This document shows, piece after piece, positions 6,769 through 16,841 of a stretch of 34,724 nucleotides of DNA. Origin of the DNA: a virus (Duplodnaviria; Caudoviricetes); the IMG/VR virus record IMGVR_UViG_3300020716_000021, positions 1 through 34,724 of that record, one strand, 5' to 3'. Both the position numbers and the translations under genes were made by a program. Each line of letters opens with the position of its first letter. Position 1 is the stretch's first letter. The notes under the pieces were generated by a model. That model was not told the origin of the DNA. It searched no databases and saw nothing but the letters and a program-made list of their open reading frames with translations.

Positions 6769-7569
6769 ATGAAATACTTGCACGACTTTAATACCTATCT
6801 TATATTGAATGAAGCTGTTTCGGTAGAACCGATTGAAGCAGAGCAATATGCTAATGAAACCGTTCCCAATTTACCATTTAATGGTGATATTAAGGACGGT
6901 AAAGAGGATTTTCTTAAGAAATTAACCTATGTTTGTAAACAAATTAATTGCAAGCCGGAATGGATGATGATTAATATAGCTGGGGAAAGTGGATTTAAAC
7001 CCGATGCAGTAAATCCGAATGGTGGTGCAACTGGGCTAATCCAATTCATGCCAAAGACTATTTCCGGATATGCAAATCCAGAAACACATCAACCAATGAC
7101 CACAGACGATTTAAAGAAAATGAGTGCAGTTCAACAATTAGATGTGGTACAGGCTTATTATAAGGAATGTATGAAAGAAATAGGAATTTCTGGATTTAAT
7201 AAACCTGGTGATTTCTTTGGTATAACATTCTTTCCTAAAATAGTAAAAGAAGGTGATGATTACCAATTCCCACAAAATGCAGTAGATCAGAATAAGGCAT
7301 TATTTGCAAAAATAGGGGGAACAACTAAAAAAGCATATTATGATTACTGTGATAGGCTTGTAAATGGTCCAGTTGCAATGAAAAATTCCATTAGTAATTT
7401 TGACCAAGAAGGTTTCTTTGGTGCTAAATCTGGTGCTAATAAAGATTTTTTCCAGAGTATGGTGGATGAATTAGGTGGTCTTGTTGGTAATATACTTTCT
7501 AGTAACCCAGGAATAGCGGATGATAAAGGTGACAAACCAGCGGCAAAACCTGAAACAAAATTAGCATAA
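6769..7569 (+). CDS. lytic transglycosylase (SLT/lysozyme-like), probably virion-associated
   Basis: ESGFKPDAVN..GATGLIQFMPKT motif; MKYLHDFNTYLILNEA leader. Confidence 0.85.
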   Translation: MKYLHDFNTYLILNEAVSVEPIEAEQYANETVPNLPFNGDIKDGKEDFLKKLTYVCKQINCKPEWMMINIAGESGFKPDAVNPNGGATGLIQFMPKTISGYANPETHQPMTTDDLKKMSAVQQLDVVQAYYKECMKEIGISGFNKPGDFFGITFFPKIVKEGDDYQFPQNAVDQNKALFAKIGGTTKKAYYDYCDRLVNGPVAMKNSISNFDQEGFFGAKSGANKDFFQSMVDELGGLVGNILSSNPGIADDKGDKPAAKPETKLA

Positions 7570-7683
7570 CGATATATAATATTAAATTTAGGTGACTTAA
7601 CCTAAGTTACTTCCGGGTCAACCAACCTTTGAGTATTTTGAAAGAGATACGATGGAAGTTACTACTAATATAAGTTATCAAAC

Positions 7684-8601
7684 ATGACTTACAAATCAAG
7701 TGTAAGCGCTGCTACCCTGTGCACTGCTACTATTACACGAAAGAAAAACAGGATCAAATCTTATGGATCTTCTGCATCCGTCCAGCCATTAAAATATTTC
7801 CTCAAGGATGGCGAGGAATTTGAGATTGAATTATTTAATCCCCACACTACTCAGGTTTTGTCAAAGATTAAAGTAAATGGAACACCCATTTCTTCTTCTG
7901 GTATTGTGCTTATGCCCGGACAAAGGGTATTCCTAGAAAGGTATATTGATACAAACGAAAAATTTGTATATAAAACCTATGAAGTTGAGGATTCGAAGGA
8001 AGCAAAGGATGCAGTTGTTAAAAATGGTGATATTTCTGTTGAATTTTACCACGAAAGAATAAAAACCCCATTCCAACCTTTAACATGGCCTGTTAATACT
8101 TATACCATTAACAATTATCCTGTCTATACTGGCTATACTGGTGGATATTGGGGATATCCTAATTATTATGGGGGTACAGGAACAACATTGGGAGGAAGTC
8201 CCTTTAATCCACCATTTGGAAGTACTTTAACCAGTAGTAATTTATCAGGCGGGGGCACCTCAACATCGAGTTTTACCTCAAGTGTTGGTGGTACAACAAG
8301 TAACTGTTTTTACAGTAACTCTATGATGGGTGATAACCTAATGTCCAGTTTAAACGAAGAGTCTACTTTGTCAATAGAAACTGGACGAATAGCTGGGGGA
8401 ACAGCGTCGAATCAAACATTTGAAACTGTATATGGCGATTTTAATACCTATGCAGCTCAAATGATTTCGATGAAGGTACTCCCAGAATCACAAAAGCCAG
8501 CAGATGTTTCAGAGATTAGAAGCTACTGTCCAGGCTGCAGAACCAGAATAAAGAAAACCTCCTGGAAATTCTGCCCATCTTGCGGTGAAGATCTTAGTTA
8601 A
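7684..8601 (+). CDS. hypothetical protein with beta-rich N-domain, G/S/T-rich linker and C-terminal zinc ribbon
   Basis: EFEIELFNP..., C-terminal YCPGC...FCPSCG. Confidence 0.8.
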   Translation: MTYKSSVSAATLCTATITRKKNRIKSYGSSASVQPLKYFLKDGEEFEIELFNPHTTQVLSKIKVNGTPISSSGIVLMPGQRVFLERYIDTNEKFVYKTYEVEDSKEAKDAVVKNGDISVEFYHERIKTPFQPLTWPVNTYTINNYPVYTGYTGGYWGYPNYYGGTGTTLGGSPFNPPFGSTLTSSNLSGGGTSTSSFTSSVGGTTSNCFYSNSMMGDNLMSSLNEESTLSIETGRIAGGTASNQTFETVYGDFNTYAAQMISMKVLPESQKPADVSEIRSYCPGCRTRIKKTSWKFCPSCGEDLS

Positions 8602-8624
8602 CTAACATTCAAACCCAACCATGG

Positions 8625-8660
8625 AAAAGAGGAAGCGTAAGAACTTCCTCTTTTTTATTT
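8625..8660 (+). terminator. intrinsic terminator
   Basis: AAAAGAGGAAG-cgtaagaa-CTTCCTCTTTT plus T-tract. Confidence 0.85.
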
Positions 8661-8717
8661 GGTGTTAATTTTATAAAAAATTCGTAAAATAAATTTTTTT
8701 ATTCAAAAACAATTGAT

Positions 8718-8725
8718 TACTTTTG
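8718..8725 (+). promoter_or_regulatory. Bacteroidota-type -7 box TAnnTTTG
   Basis: TACTTTTG, 20 nt before ATG 8746. Confidence 0.55.
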
Positions 8726-8745
8726 TTATTCAAATTTATAATGAA

Positions 8746-8979
8746 ATGACACAAGTAACGGAAGACGAAATTAAAATCAACAACGAAATTTACGAAACGA
8801 TTGTTGAGGGGGGTATGGAAGTACTAAGAAATCCCATTAGTTTCAGAAAGGATATAACTCCGATAGAGTATTTGGACGGGTGTATACAATTTTTCTCGGA
8901 TTTGGATAGTGTAGACGGATATAATAAGTGTGCGAATCTGATAAAGATGAGGGATAAGTTGATAAACGAGAGTAAATAA
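8746..8979 (+). CDS. small hypothetical protein
   Basis: ATG 8746 preferred because the TTG start at 8713 overlaps the promoter box; C-terminal YNKCANLIKMRD resembles a UVR-like helix. Confidence 0.7.
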   Translation: MTQVTEDEIKINNEIYETIVEGGMEVLRNPISFRKDITPIEYLDGCIQFFSDLDSVDGYNKCANLIKMRDKLINESK

Positions 8980-9007
8980 GGGAACTCCTTAATTGGTATT
9001 ACTTTAT

Positions 9008-9040
9008 AGGTCTCGGAATTTTCGAGGCCTTTTTTATTTT
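9008..9040 (+). terminator. intrinsic terminator
   Basis: AGGTCTCG-gaatttt-CGAGGCCT plus T-tract. Confidence 0.8.
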
Positions 9041-9064
9041 TAAACACAGTGTAAATTTTATAAA

Positions 9065-9334
9065 ATGACAGCCGGACCAACACCAATCAGAAGAGTCAAA
9101 GAAGTATCCAAATCATTAAAGGAAACTTATCAGAACTACTTTTATCGTGGAACTGAAAAATTTATTTCCCGCTTTGGATTTAAGAAAGAGGATCTCGGAA
9201 AGAAGTATCTTCTACCAGAAGGGGAATTTACGTTAACAGGACAAATAAGTGATAAAATACTTCTCATGGAGAAGGACGGAATGGACTACTACGTAGACGG
9301 ATCCTATTTCATGAAAGAAAAACAGAAAGAATAA
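9065..9334 (+). CDS. hypothetical protein
   Basis: 89-aa ORF, A-rich upstream. Confidence 0.7.
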   Translation: MTAGPTPIRRVKEVSKSLKETYQNYFYRGTEKFISRFGFKKEDLGKKYLLPEGEFTLTGQISDKILLMEKDGMDYYVDGSYFMKEKQKE

Positions 9335-9345
9335 AATGAACTGAG

Positions 9346-9852
9346 ATGGCAACTAAAATCTTTAAAAGAGCCGCAGACGGGAAAAGGGTTGATTTAGTCA
9401 AGTATACCAAACAGATTATAGCCGAACATCCAGATTGTAAAATTTATGTTGGTTGTGATAGCCAAAACGTAGGTAAAAAAACCGTCTACGCAACGGCAGT
9501 GGTTTTTAGGTATGGAAATAATGGAGCCCATGTAATTTATTTTAAGGATGATGTAAAAATTATTACTAGCCTTAGAGATAAATTATGGGGAGAAGTAGAA
9601 AGATCCATTGATGTTGCATACTACCTACAAACAGAAGGAGAGATCCGTGTTTTTCGTATTGATCTTGACTATAATAAAAGTCCAAAACATAGGTCCAATA
9701 TTGTATTAAAAGATGCAACTGGATGGGTTGAGGGTATGGGTTACTCTCATGCATGTAAGCCCGAAATGTTAATAGCAATCAGGGTTGCAAATAAGCTTTG
9801 TAGGCATCCCGTTGGAAAACGGGAAGGTGCTAATGCTCTCATAGAAGATTAG
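9346..9852 (+). CDS. RNase H-like YkuK family protein
   Basis: IYVGCDSQ...YATAVV..G.GAHVIY...LWGEVERS...IDLDYN. Confidence 0.8.
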   Translation: MATKIFKRAADGKRVDLVKYTKQIIAEHPDCKIYVGCDSQNVGKKTVYATAVVFRYGNNGAHVIYFKDDVKIITSLRDKLWGEVERSIDVAYYLQTEGEIRVFRIDLDYNKSPKHRSNIVLKDATGWVEGMGYSHACKPEMLIAIRVANKLCRHPVGKREGANALIED

Positions 9853-9870
9853 TAATCAATCGGTTATAGA

Positions 9871-9900
9871 AAAAGCAGGCCATTCGGTCTGCTTTTTTTT
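9871..9900 (+). terminator. intrinsic terminator
   Basis: AAAAGCAGGCC-attc-GGTCTGCTTTT plus T-tract. Confidence 0.85.
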
Positions 9901-9982
9901 GTGCTAAATTATTAAGACCCTTCTGAAATTTAATTGCTTTTTTCGCTATAATCTGTAATAAAAGTTAATATAAAAACAAATT

Positions 9983-11251
9983 ATGGCAACAATTAAAAAA
10001 GAAAGCAAAGGATTTTCATTTCTGGATTTGGACAAAGCATTATCAAAAATTGATGGATTTGAAATGGGATCAATCTTGGAAACTAATACGTTTTCCGAGA
10101 CGGATGAGTACATTGGAACTGGCTCATACATTATGAACGCACAAATAAGTGGATCTTTATTTGGTGGTGTACCTAATAACAGGTCTACTGGTTTAGTAGG
10201 CGATCCCGAAACAGGTAAAACATATTTGTGTTTAAATATAGCTAGGGAAGCACAAAAAATGGGGTATGATATTATCTATTGTGAAACCGAAGGAGCTATA
10301 GATAAGTCTACTGCAGAAAAATTGGGATGTGATACAAAAAGGATTAGGTATCAGCCTATTAAAACCGTTAACGACTTTAAAAGATTTACTGTTCAAGTAA
10401 TTGATTTAATTTCAGCGGCTAGGAAAAAAGGAGAGAACCCAAAAATAATGATGTTCCTTGATTCTCTTGGAATGCTTACAACCGAAAAAGAAATTAATGA
10501 TGCAATGTCTGGTAAGGATGCCAGCGACATGGGATTGAAAGCTAAACAAATGAGAGCTATGTTTAGGTTAATCACCCTTGACCTTGCTGGTAATAAAATA
10601 CCATTGGTTGTAACAAATCACACTACAACAGGTGGTATAGGAAGTTATACAGGTCCAACAAAAGAAAGTGCAGGCGGTTTAGGCCCAATCTTTTCTATGT
10701 CTACTGTTTTAATGATTTCTAAGAAATTCCAGACTGAAGAGAATGATAAGAAAACTAAAACCGGTGTTATAATTACATCAAAACCAATGAAGACGAGGAA
10801 AACTATCCCAAAAATAGTAAGTATGCACATTGGCTTTGCATCGGGTATAAATTCATATGTAGGTTTAGAAGAATATTGTAATTGGAATGCGTGTGGAATA
10901 GAAAGAGGTAAAATTCTTACCGAGAAGGAATATGCTAAATTGGGTATAACTACTGGAAGGCCTTTCGAGTTTATAAATAATGAAGTTGATAAAGAAACAG
11001 GAGAAGTTTTAAAAACTACAGTAGAACGTCTTGTTTTTAACCCTAGTGAAACGGGAAGATGGTGTGTTAAACATTTAGGAAAATCATTAACGAATGGCGG
11101 GTTACTATTTAATAATACTGTATTTACTGAAGAGGTGTTGAGAAACCTAGATGCTAACGTGATCCAGAAAGAATTTAGGTTCCCTGATTATGTTGATAGT
11201 GATAAAGTAATGATGTTAGATGGAGAAGAGGTAGAAATAGAAAACGACTAA
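9983..11251 (+). CDS. uvsX: UvsX/RecA-like recombinase
   Basis: Walker A GDPETGKT, ETEGA, MFLDSLG, VTNH; T4-like context. Confidence 0.92.
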   Translation: MATIKKESKGFSFLDLDKALSKIDGFEMGSILETNTFSETDEYIGTGSYIMNAQISGSLFGGVPNNRSTGLVGDPETGKTYLCLNIAREAQKMGYDIIYCETEGAIDKSTAEKLGCDTKRIRYQPIKTVNDFKRFTVQVIDLISAARKKGENPKIMMFLDSLGMLTTEKEINDAMSGKDASDMGLKAKQMRAMFRLITLDLAGNKIPLVVTNHTTTGGIGSYTGPTKESAGGLGPIFSMSTVLMISKKFQTEENDKKTKTGVIITSKPMKTRKTIPKIVSMHIGFASGINSYVGLEEYCNWNACGIERGKILTEKEYAKLGITTGRPFEFINNEVDKETGEVLKTTVERLVFNPSETGRWCVKHLGKSLTNGGLLFNNTVFTEEVLRNLDANVIQKEFRFPDYVDSDKVMMLDGEEVEIEND

Positions 11252-11260
11252 AATAGTTTA

Positions 11261-11554
11261 ATGGAAAAGAATAAGGTAAAGATGAAATATCATATGGGTA
11301 TCTGGAAAGAACTTCCAGATTACCCGTGTGATGAGGATGTAATTTTTGAATTAAATACCTATCTTATTAAAGATGGTAGACCAAATGGGGAGTTCACGGA
11401 ACAAACATTCAACTCGTTCCTTCCCAATGACTGGAAGAATACCAAACACGGAGAAATTGTTAAATCTTTTATTGAAACCAACACCTTCGTGAAACAAAAG
11501 GGAAAACCAGGCAGTATAATAAAGTATAAGATTAAAGATAATCCCCATTATTAA
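11261..11554 (+). CDS. hypothetical protein
   Basis: 97-aa ORF tightly packed between uvsX and the helicase. Confidence 0.75.
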   Translation: MEKNKVKMKYHMGIWKELPDYPCDEDVIFELNTYLIKDGRPNGEFTEQTFNSFLPNDWKNTKHGEIVKSFIETNTFVKQKGKPGSIIKYKIKDNPHY

Positions 11555-11556
11555 TT

Positions 11557-12858
11557 ATGAATAACGAACACGTAGAACCGGTGTGGTTCTGTAGTATCGT
11601 TTCTGACCCGGTTTATATAGAATCGGCAAAAGCGACATTCTTCAAGGACAAGAGGCACCAAGAGGCTTTCAAAATAGTTAAATCGTTTTGGAAGAAATAT
11701 TCTGAGATCCCAACACCAAACCAGGTAAAAGAGGTTGTTAAAATGTTGGGGCTTCAGGAGAAAATACCAGAGGCACAGGTAGAATCATTATTTTCTTATA
11801 AGCTAAGTGATTATGATCCTGCTTGGTTAAAGGAAAATACAGAAGCTTGGATTGAATGGAAGAATCTGGAACAAAGTGCATTGGATTCCATAACTTACAT
11901 TAAATCTACCCCAGTAAATGTAGAAAATATTAAGGATGTTGTAAATACTTTTAAGAGTATCATCGTAGACCGAAACAACTTAGATTTCTCATTTAATCTT
12001 GGATTAGATTTTACAGATCCAGAAAACCATAAACAACCAAAAAATAGTACATTCTCTTCTGGTTATGATTTTATTGACCTTGCATTAGGTGGAGGATTTG
12101 GGGCAAAAGGTCTTTATGTATTTTTAGGGCAACCCAAAGTAGGTAAAACATTATGGCTTGGTAATATTGCAGCACAGGCAATTAAAGCTTCTAATAACGT
12201 TGCAGTAGTTACTTTGGAACTTAGTGATAGAAAATATCTAAAAAGGATAGGCTCTAATTTACTTGATATTAAGATTGGTGATTATAATAAGGCAGCAGAA
12301 GATCCAGAATTCCTAAAAAAGAAGATGAGGAATTTAGCTTTTGATAATATGGCTACTCCTGGACAATTATACATCAAGGAATTTGGAACAAGTCAGGCTT
12401 CGGTATTAGATGTTGAAAAATGGCTTAGAAAGGTAGAAGAAGTTAAGGGTATCAAATTTAAAATAGTTATCATTGACTATATTAATATCATGAAAAACTA
12501 CAGAAACCCTAATACTGAAAATACCTATATGAAAATTAAACAGATAGCAGAGGATCTTAGGGCAATGGGCCAAAGGAATCACTGGGCTATTGTAACAGCA
12601 ACCCAGACGAAACAAAGCGAATTCGATACTACTGATTTAAGTATGAACTCTGCTTCTGAATCTTCTGGTCTAGTAGCAACAGTGGATGGTATGTTTGGTA
12701 TTATACAAGATCCAGTAATGTATACTAATAACGAGTACAAACTAAAGGTAATAGCAAACCGAGATGAAGGATATAAGAATGCTTATAGAAAATTCAACGT
12801 TGACTATACCCATATGAGAATTACGGAAGACCTTGATTCTCAAATAATAAACGAATAA
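11557..12858 (+). CDS. DnaB-like replicative helicase (T4 gp41-like)
   Basis: GQPKVGKT, VTLEL, IIDYINI, TATQ, SES motifs. Confidence 0.92.
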   Translation: MNNEHVEPVWFCSIVSDPVYIESAKATFFKDKRHQEAFKIVKSFWKKYSEIPTPNQVKEVVKMLGLQEKIPEAQVESLFSYKLSDYDPAWLKENTEAWIEWKNLEQSALDSITYIKSTPVNVENIKDVVNTFKSIIVDRNNLDFSFNLGLDFTDPENHKQPKNSTFSSGYDFIDLALGGGFGAKGLYVFLGQPKVGKTLWLGNIAAQAIKASNNVAVVTLELSDRKYLKRIGSNLLDIKIGDYNKAAEDPEFLKKKMRNLAFDNMATPGQLYIKEFGTSQASVLDVEKWLRKVEEVKGIKFKIVIIDYINIMKNYRNPNTENTYMKIKQIAEDLRAMGQRNHWAIVTATQTKQSEFDTTDLSMNSASESSGLVATVDGMFGIIQDPVMYTNNEYKLKVIANRDEGYKNAYRKFNVDYTHMRITEDLDSQIINE

Positions 12859-12859
12859 G

Positions 12860-13327
12860 ATGAAGCCAAAGAAACAAAAGAAGTTAATCGAAGAAGAAGA
12901 AATTCAGGAACCGGATAATATCAGTGCTGAAGACAAAGAGTTCAATGAGCATTATATGGACGATTTCTATCAGGATTTTCGTTCCTTAAAATCTTCTGTA
13001 GATTACAATGACGAAGAATATAGGCATGCATCGGCACTAAATGAAAAGATCTATCAGGTTTTCCATCAGTCCCGTTGGTGTGCTCTGGGACCGAATAAAA
13101 AAATACCTAAGGATCTAATACCATTTATCTTCCAGGAAATGTTTGAAGCTACTGCAGATACAGATTTCACCATGGTGGAAAAGTTCGTTTCTGTTTGCGA
13201 TTTTATGAACGTAAACTATCTAAAAGCATACGAACTTATCCACATGAAGTATCGGGAAGATATTGTTTCGGAAATGGACAAAAAATTTGGAATCCTCTCT
13301 AAAAAGAGAATTAAAAAGATATTTTAA
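12860..13327 (+). CDS. hypothetical protein
   Basis: 155-aa ORF translationally coupled to neighbours. Confidence 0.75.
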   Translation: MKPKKQKKLIEEEEIQEPDNISAEDKEFNEHYMDDFYQDFRSLKSSVDYNDEEYRHASALNEKIYQVFHQSRWCALGPNKKIPKDLIPFIFQEMFEATADTDFTMVEKFVSVCDFMNVNYLKAYELIHMKYREDIVSEMDKKFGILSKKRIKKIF

Positions 13328-14439
13328 TGGAACTATATCCGGAGATTAAAAGGATAATCTTTATAACGGACACTCACTTTGGCATCAGGAATAATGCTAA
13401 TGAGTGGATCGATATACAAGAGAAGTATTTTATTGATTGGTTTATACCCAAGATAAAGGAAATTTGGAAACCTGGAGATTGTCTAGTACATCTAGGTGAT
13501 GTTTATGACTCCAGACAGGCTCTTAATCTTAGGGTAATGAACCTTGGTGTAAGGGTGTTCGAGGAACTATCCAGAATTTTTCATAAGGAGGGAATTTATA
13601 TACTTTGTGGAAACCATGACATATATGGTAAAGAAACAAATGATGTAAATTCCCTCGTTTCTATTAAATGGATACCATCAGTTAAGATCTACCAAGAACC
13701 TGCATCGTTGAAAATGGGAAACAAAACCATTTTCATGATGCCATGGAGAAAAGATCATGATGTAGAGGGAGAACTCCTTAACAAAACTCCTAGCCATGAT
13801 TACCTTTTCTGTCATACTGATATTAGTGGAATGAAACATAATAAGTATTCTAACGTTCCACATGGTATTAGTTATAAAAAATTAGATAACTTTGAGAGAG
13901 TTTATTCTGGTCATATACATTATGCCCAGAATTATGGGAAAGTTCGTATGTTAGGTTCTCCCTATGAATTAACCAGGGCGGATGCTGACAACACCAAACA
14001 TTTTTTAGTTCTGGATTTGGAAACGGGAGAAGAGACTTACTATAAGAACAACTTCTCTCCTAAATTTATAAGGGTTCCTTTGGTAGAAGTTTTTAATAAA
14101 ACACCAATTGAACTCGAAGACAGATTTAGGAATAATTTTGTGGATGTAATGATCCAATCAAGAATATCCCAATCTCAGTTGGATGTTATAACCCAGATGA
14201 TTAAAACCCAGAGGGATATAAAATATGTTACTGAATCCAAAAAAGGAGAACAAGAAACAGATAATGAGAATATCCTTTATCGTGTAGATGGCAAGAATTT
14301 TTCTATTGTTGATATAATGGATCAATATGTAGAAGGTCTGGAAGAAAATAAAACTGAGAAGGAAAGAATAAAAAAGACTCTAAAATCTTTATACACAAGG
14401 GTAACTAAAAAACAGGAGGAACAAGATGAAATTAAATAG
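13327..14439 (+). CDS. Mre11/SbcD-like nuclease (T4 gp47-like)
   Basis: DTHFG, GDVYD, GNHD, SGHIH metallophosphoesterase motifs. Confidence 0.93.
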   Translation: MELYPEIKRIIFITDTHFGIRNNANEWIDIQEKYFIDWFIPKIKEIWKPGDCLVHLGDVYDSRQALNLRVMNLGVRVFEELSRIFHKEGIYILCGNHDIYGKETNDVNSLVSIKWIPSVKIYQEPASLKMGNKTIFMMPWRKDHDVEGELLNKTPSHDYLFCHTDISGMKHNKYSNVPHGISYKKLDNFERVYSGHIHYAQNYGKVRMLGSPYELTRADADNTKHFLVLDLETGEETYYKNNFSPKFIRVPLVEVFNKTPIELEDRFRNNFVDVMIQSRISQSQLDVITQMIKTQRDIKYVTESKKGEQETDNENILYRVDGKNFSIVDIMDQYVEGLEENKTEKERIKKTLKSLYTRVTKKQEEQDEIK

Positions 14440-16093
14440 GGTTGAATGGAGAAATTTTGCTTCTTATGGAAACAAAATCCATAGTATAGATTTTGATAAA
14501 GACCGTGCTAATTTATATTTGGTTGTTGGCGAAAATGGTGCTGGAAAAAGTACCATCTCTGATGTTATCACATTTGCCCTTTATGGCAAATTGGAAGGGA
14601 AAAATTTAAAAGATATACCAAATAGAGTAAATGGAAATACGTGGGTAAGGGTAACTTTTGAAGTAAATGGCATTGAATATCAAGTTGAAAGGGGATTAGA
14701 GCCTTCCATATTCAATCTTTATATAGATAGGGTATTGTATGATAAGGCAGGAGCTAGATCTATTCAGGAGTATCTAACAGATACAATATTACAAATGCCA
14801 AGTTACGTATTTAGTAATACAATGTCCCTGTCCATTAATGATTTTAAGAGCTTCCTTAAAATGATTCCAAGGGATAAAAAAGCTATCATCGATAAGATTT
14901 TTGGTTTCTATATCATTAATTTGATGAGGGATCTATTAAAAGATGAAGCTAAAAATATTAAAGAGAATCTAATAAGATTGGACGCAGACATTTCTACCGT
15001 AAGTAGATCAATTAATTCCAGTTTGCAGGAATTAGAAAATTTAATGGAGAAGCTAAAAGAAGATTCCAAAGGACAAATAGAACAATATAAAAAATCTTTG
15101 GAAGACTTTAAATCTTTATATGAGCTTCATAAGAAAAGGGTGGCTGAATTTTTAGCCAAAGAAAATGAAATACGAGAAGAGTCTAGAAAAATAATGGACC
15201 TTTTGAATGAAGCTAACGTATCACTAAGAGGTATAAACGAAAAACTAAGACTTTATGCCAATGACAAATGCCCAGAATGTCAATCCGACTTACAAACCAC
15301 ATTTCACCAAGATTTAAAACATACCCTTACTGTCCAAAAAGGACAATTGGAAGAGCAAGTTAAAGAATACAATACTCTTTATAGGCAATCCAAAGATAAT
15401 GAAGCATCCATTTCTACGGAGAAAGCTAAGTTGAATGAAAAGGGTGGAAAAATAAGTTTCCAAATAAGTAATTTGGAATCGGAAATTAAAAAATTATCTG
15501 CAAGGAAGGGCAATGAAGAAGCTAACTCATTGGAAAGAATTGTTGAAAATCTTCGTACTGATTTACAACAACATTCAGAGCAGAGAGTATCACAAGAAAA
15601 GAAATCGGTTTGGTTAAAAAAATTGGAAGAAATACTTGGGGATAAGGGAGTAAAGCAATTAGCCATTAAATCAATACTCCCTGCTTTAAATGCTAATATC
15701 TTTGAATTAATGCATGGCCTTCATTTACCCTATGATGTTACATTTGACGACAATTTTGATGCCTCTATATTCCATTTAGGACAGGAGATAGCAATCTCAA
15801 CATTAAGCACTGGACAAATGAAGAAGGTAGATTTCGTAGTTCTTCTTTCCGTTTTGAAACTAATGAAGATTAGGTTTAGTTCTATGAACTTGTTATTCCT
15901 TGATGAAATATTTAGTTCTATAGATGCCGATGGAATTTACACCATTCTTGGCACATTAAGAAAAATCTGTGATGAATTAGGTTTAAATGTGTTTGTTATT
16001 AACCATTCCCCTATGCCATCCGAGCTTTTTGACTATAACATTAGTTTGGCTTTAAGGAATAACTTTTCCGAAATGGAAATAGACAAGGTTTAG
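14426..16093 (+). CDS. Rad50/SbcC-like ATPase (T4 gp46-like)
   Basis: GENGAGKS, coiled coil with CPEC hook, LSTGQ, LFLDE. Confidence 0.93.
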   Translation: MKLNRVEWRNFASYGNKIHSIDFDKDRANLYLVVGENGAGKSTISDVITFALYGKLEGKNLKDIPNRVNGNTWVRVTFEVNGIEYQVERGLEPSIFNLYIDRVLYDKAGARSIQEYLTDTILQMPSYVFSNTMSLSINDFKSFLKMIPRDKKAIIDKIFGFYIINLMRDLLKDEAKNIKENLIRLDADISTVSRSINSSLQELENLMEKLKEDSKGQIEQYKKSLEDFKSLYELHKKRVAEFLAKENEIREESRKIMDLLNEANVSLRGINEKLRLYANDKCPECQSDLQTTFHQDLKHTLTVQKGQLEEQVKEYNTLYRQSKDNEASISTEKAKLNEKGGKISFQISNLESEIKKLSARKGNEEANSLERIVENLRTDLQQHSEQRVSQEKKSVWLKKLEEILGDKGVKQLAIKSILPALNANIFELMHGLHLPYDVTFDDNFDASIFHLGQEIAISTLSTGQMKKVDFVVLLSVLKLMKIRFSSMNLLFLDEIFSSIDADGIYTILGTLRKICDELGLNVFVINHSPMPSELFDYNISLALRNNFSEMEIDKV

Positions 16094-16113
16094 TAGATTA
16101 ATATATATAGCAT

Positions 16114-16452
16114 ATGGCTATAAACGTTAATTTGGTCACTTCCAGGAACCAACTTCCAAAATACACATATTTTCTGGTAAGAAGTAATTCTGATAATATA
16201 AAATCTCTATTACCTCTACAGGAATATAATATGTTCGTATTTACTAATCCTGTCACTGAAGACAGGGGTATTAGTATATTGACAAATAGTTATACACAAG
16301 AAATAGTCCCAATTACGGATCAATTATTCCCAATTGGGACTTTTTCGCATCCAAAATATACGAACCAAAATAAGGAACCTTTACAGTTTCTATACAAGGA
16401 CGTAGAACAAACAATTATACCAGTAACGGCAAGTAGAACACAAAATATGTAA
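16114..16452 (+). CDS. hypothetical protein (late)
   Basis: 112-aa ORF, AATATATA 6 nt upstream. Confidence 0.7.
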   Translation: MAINVNLVTSRNQLPKYTYFLVRSNSDNIKSLLPLQEYNMFVFTNPVTEDRGISILTNSYTQEIVPITDQLFPIGTFSHPKYTNQNKEPLQFLYKDVEQTIIPVTASRTQNM

Positions 16453-16840
16453 ATGATGAGATACCTATATAACTATAAAATTTATGAGGATAGACGTGCA
16501 ATCCAGCATGGTATTAATCAATTAAAGGCTAAGTATATTAAAATGGGTTGTGATATAGAAATAGCCCCTAGGTATTACGATTCAGTATATTTAACTAATT
16601 TGGTAATACCAGAAGAATTTAGGGGAACTGGGTGTTGCTAGTCAATTTATGAATGATTTTGTTAATTGTGCTGATAGTATTGGTTTTATTATAACTTTAT
16701 CGCCAACTGATAAAATGGGATCGAGCATCCCTAGGTTAGTAAATTTTTATAAAAGATTTGGTTTTGTAAACAATAGGATAAACCATAAAGACTCAAAATA
16801 TGTGGGAGCTATGATAAGATTCCCAAAAATAAATAAATAG
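16453..16840 (+). pseudogene. GNAT acetyltransferase split by a 1-nt frameshift near 16630-16632
   Basis: Removing one G gives LVIPEEFRGTGVASQFMNDF...LVNFYKRFGF (GNAT motifs A and B). Confidence 0.8.
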
Positions 16841-16841
16841 A

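Noticed and set aside
16639-16648. TAG readthrough joining the GNAT halves
   Set aside because: The two halves are in different frames, so a frameshift is needed
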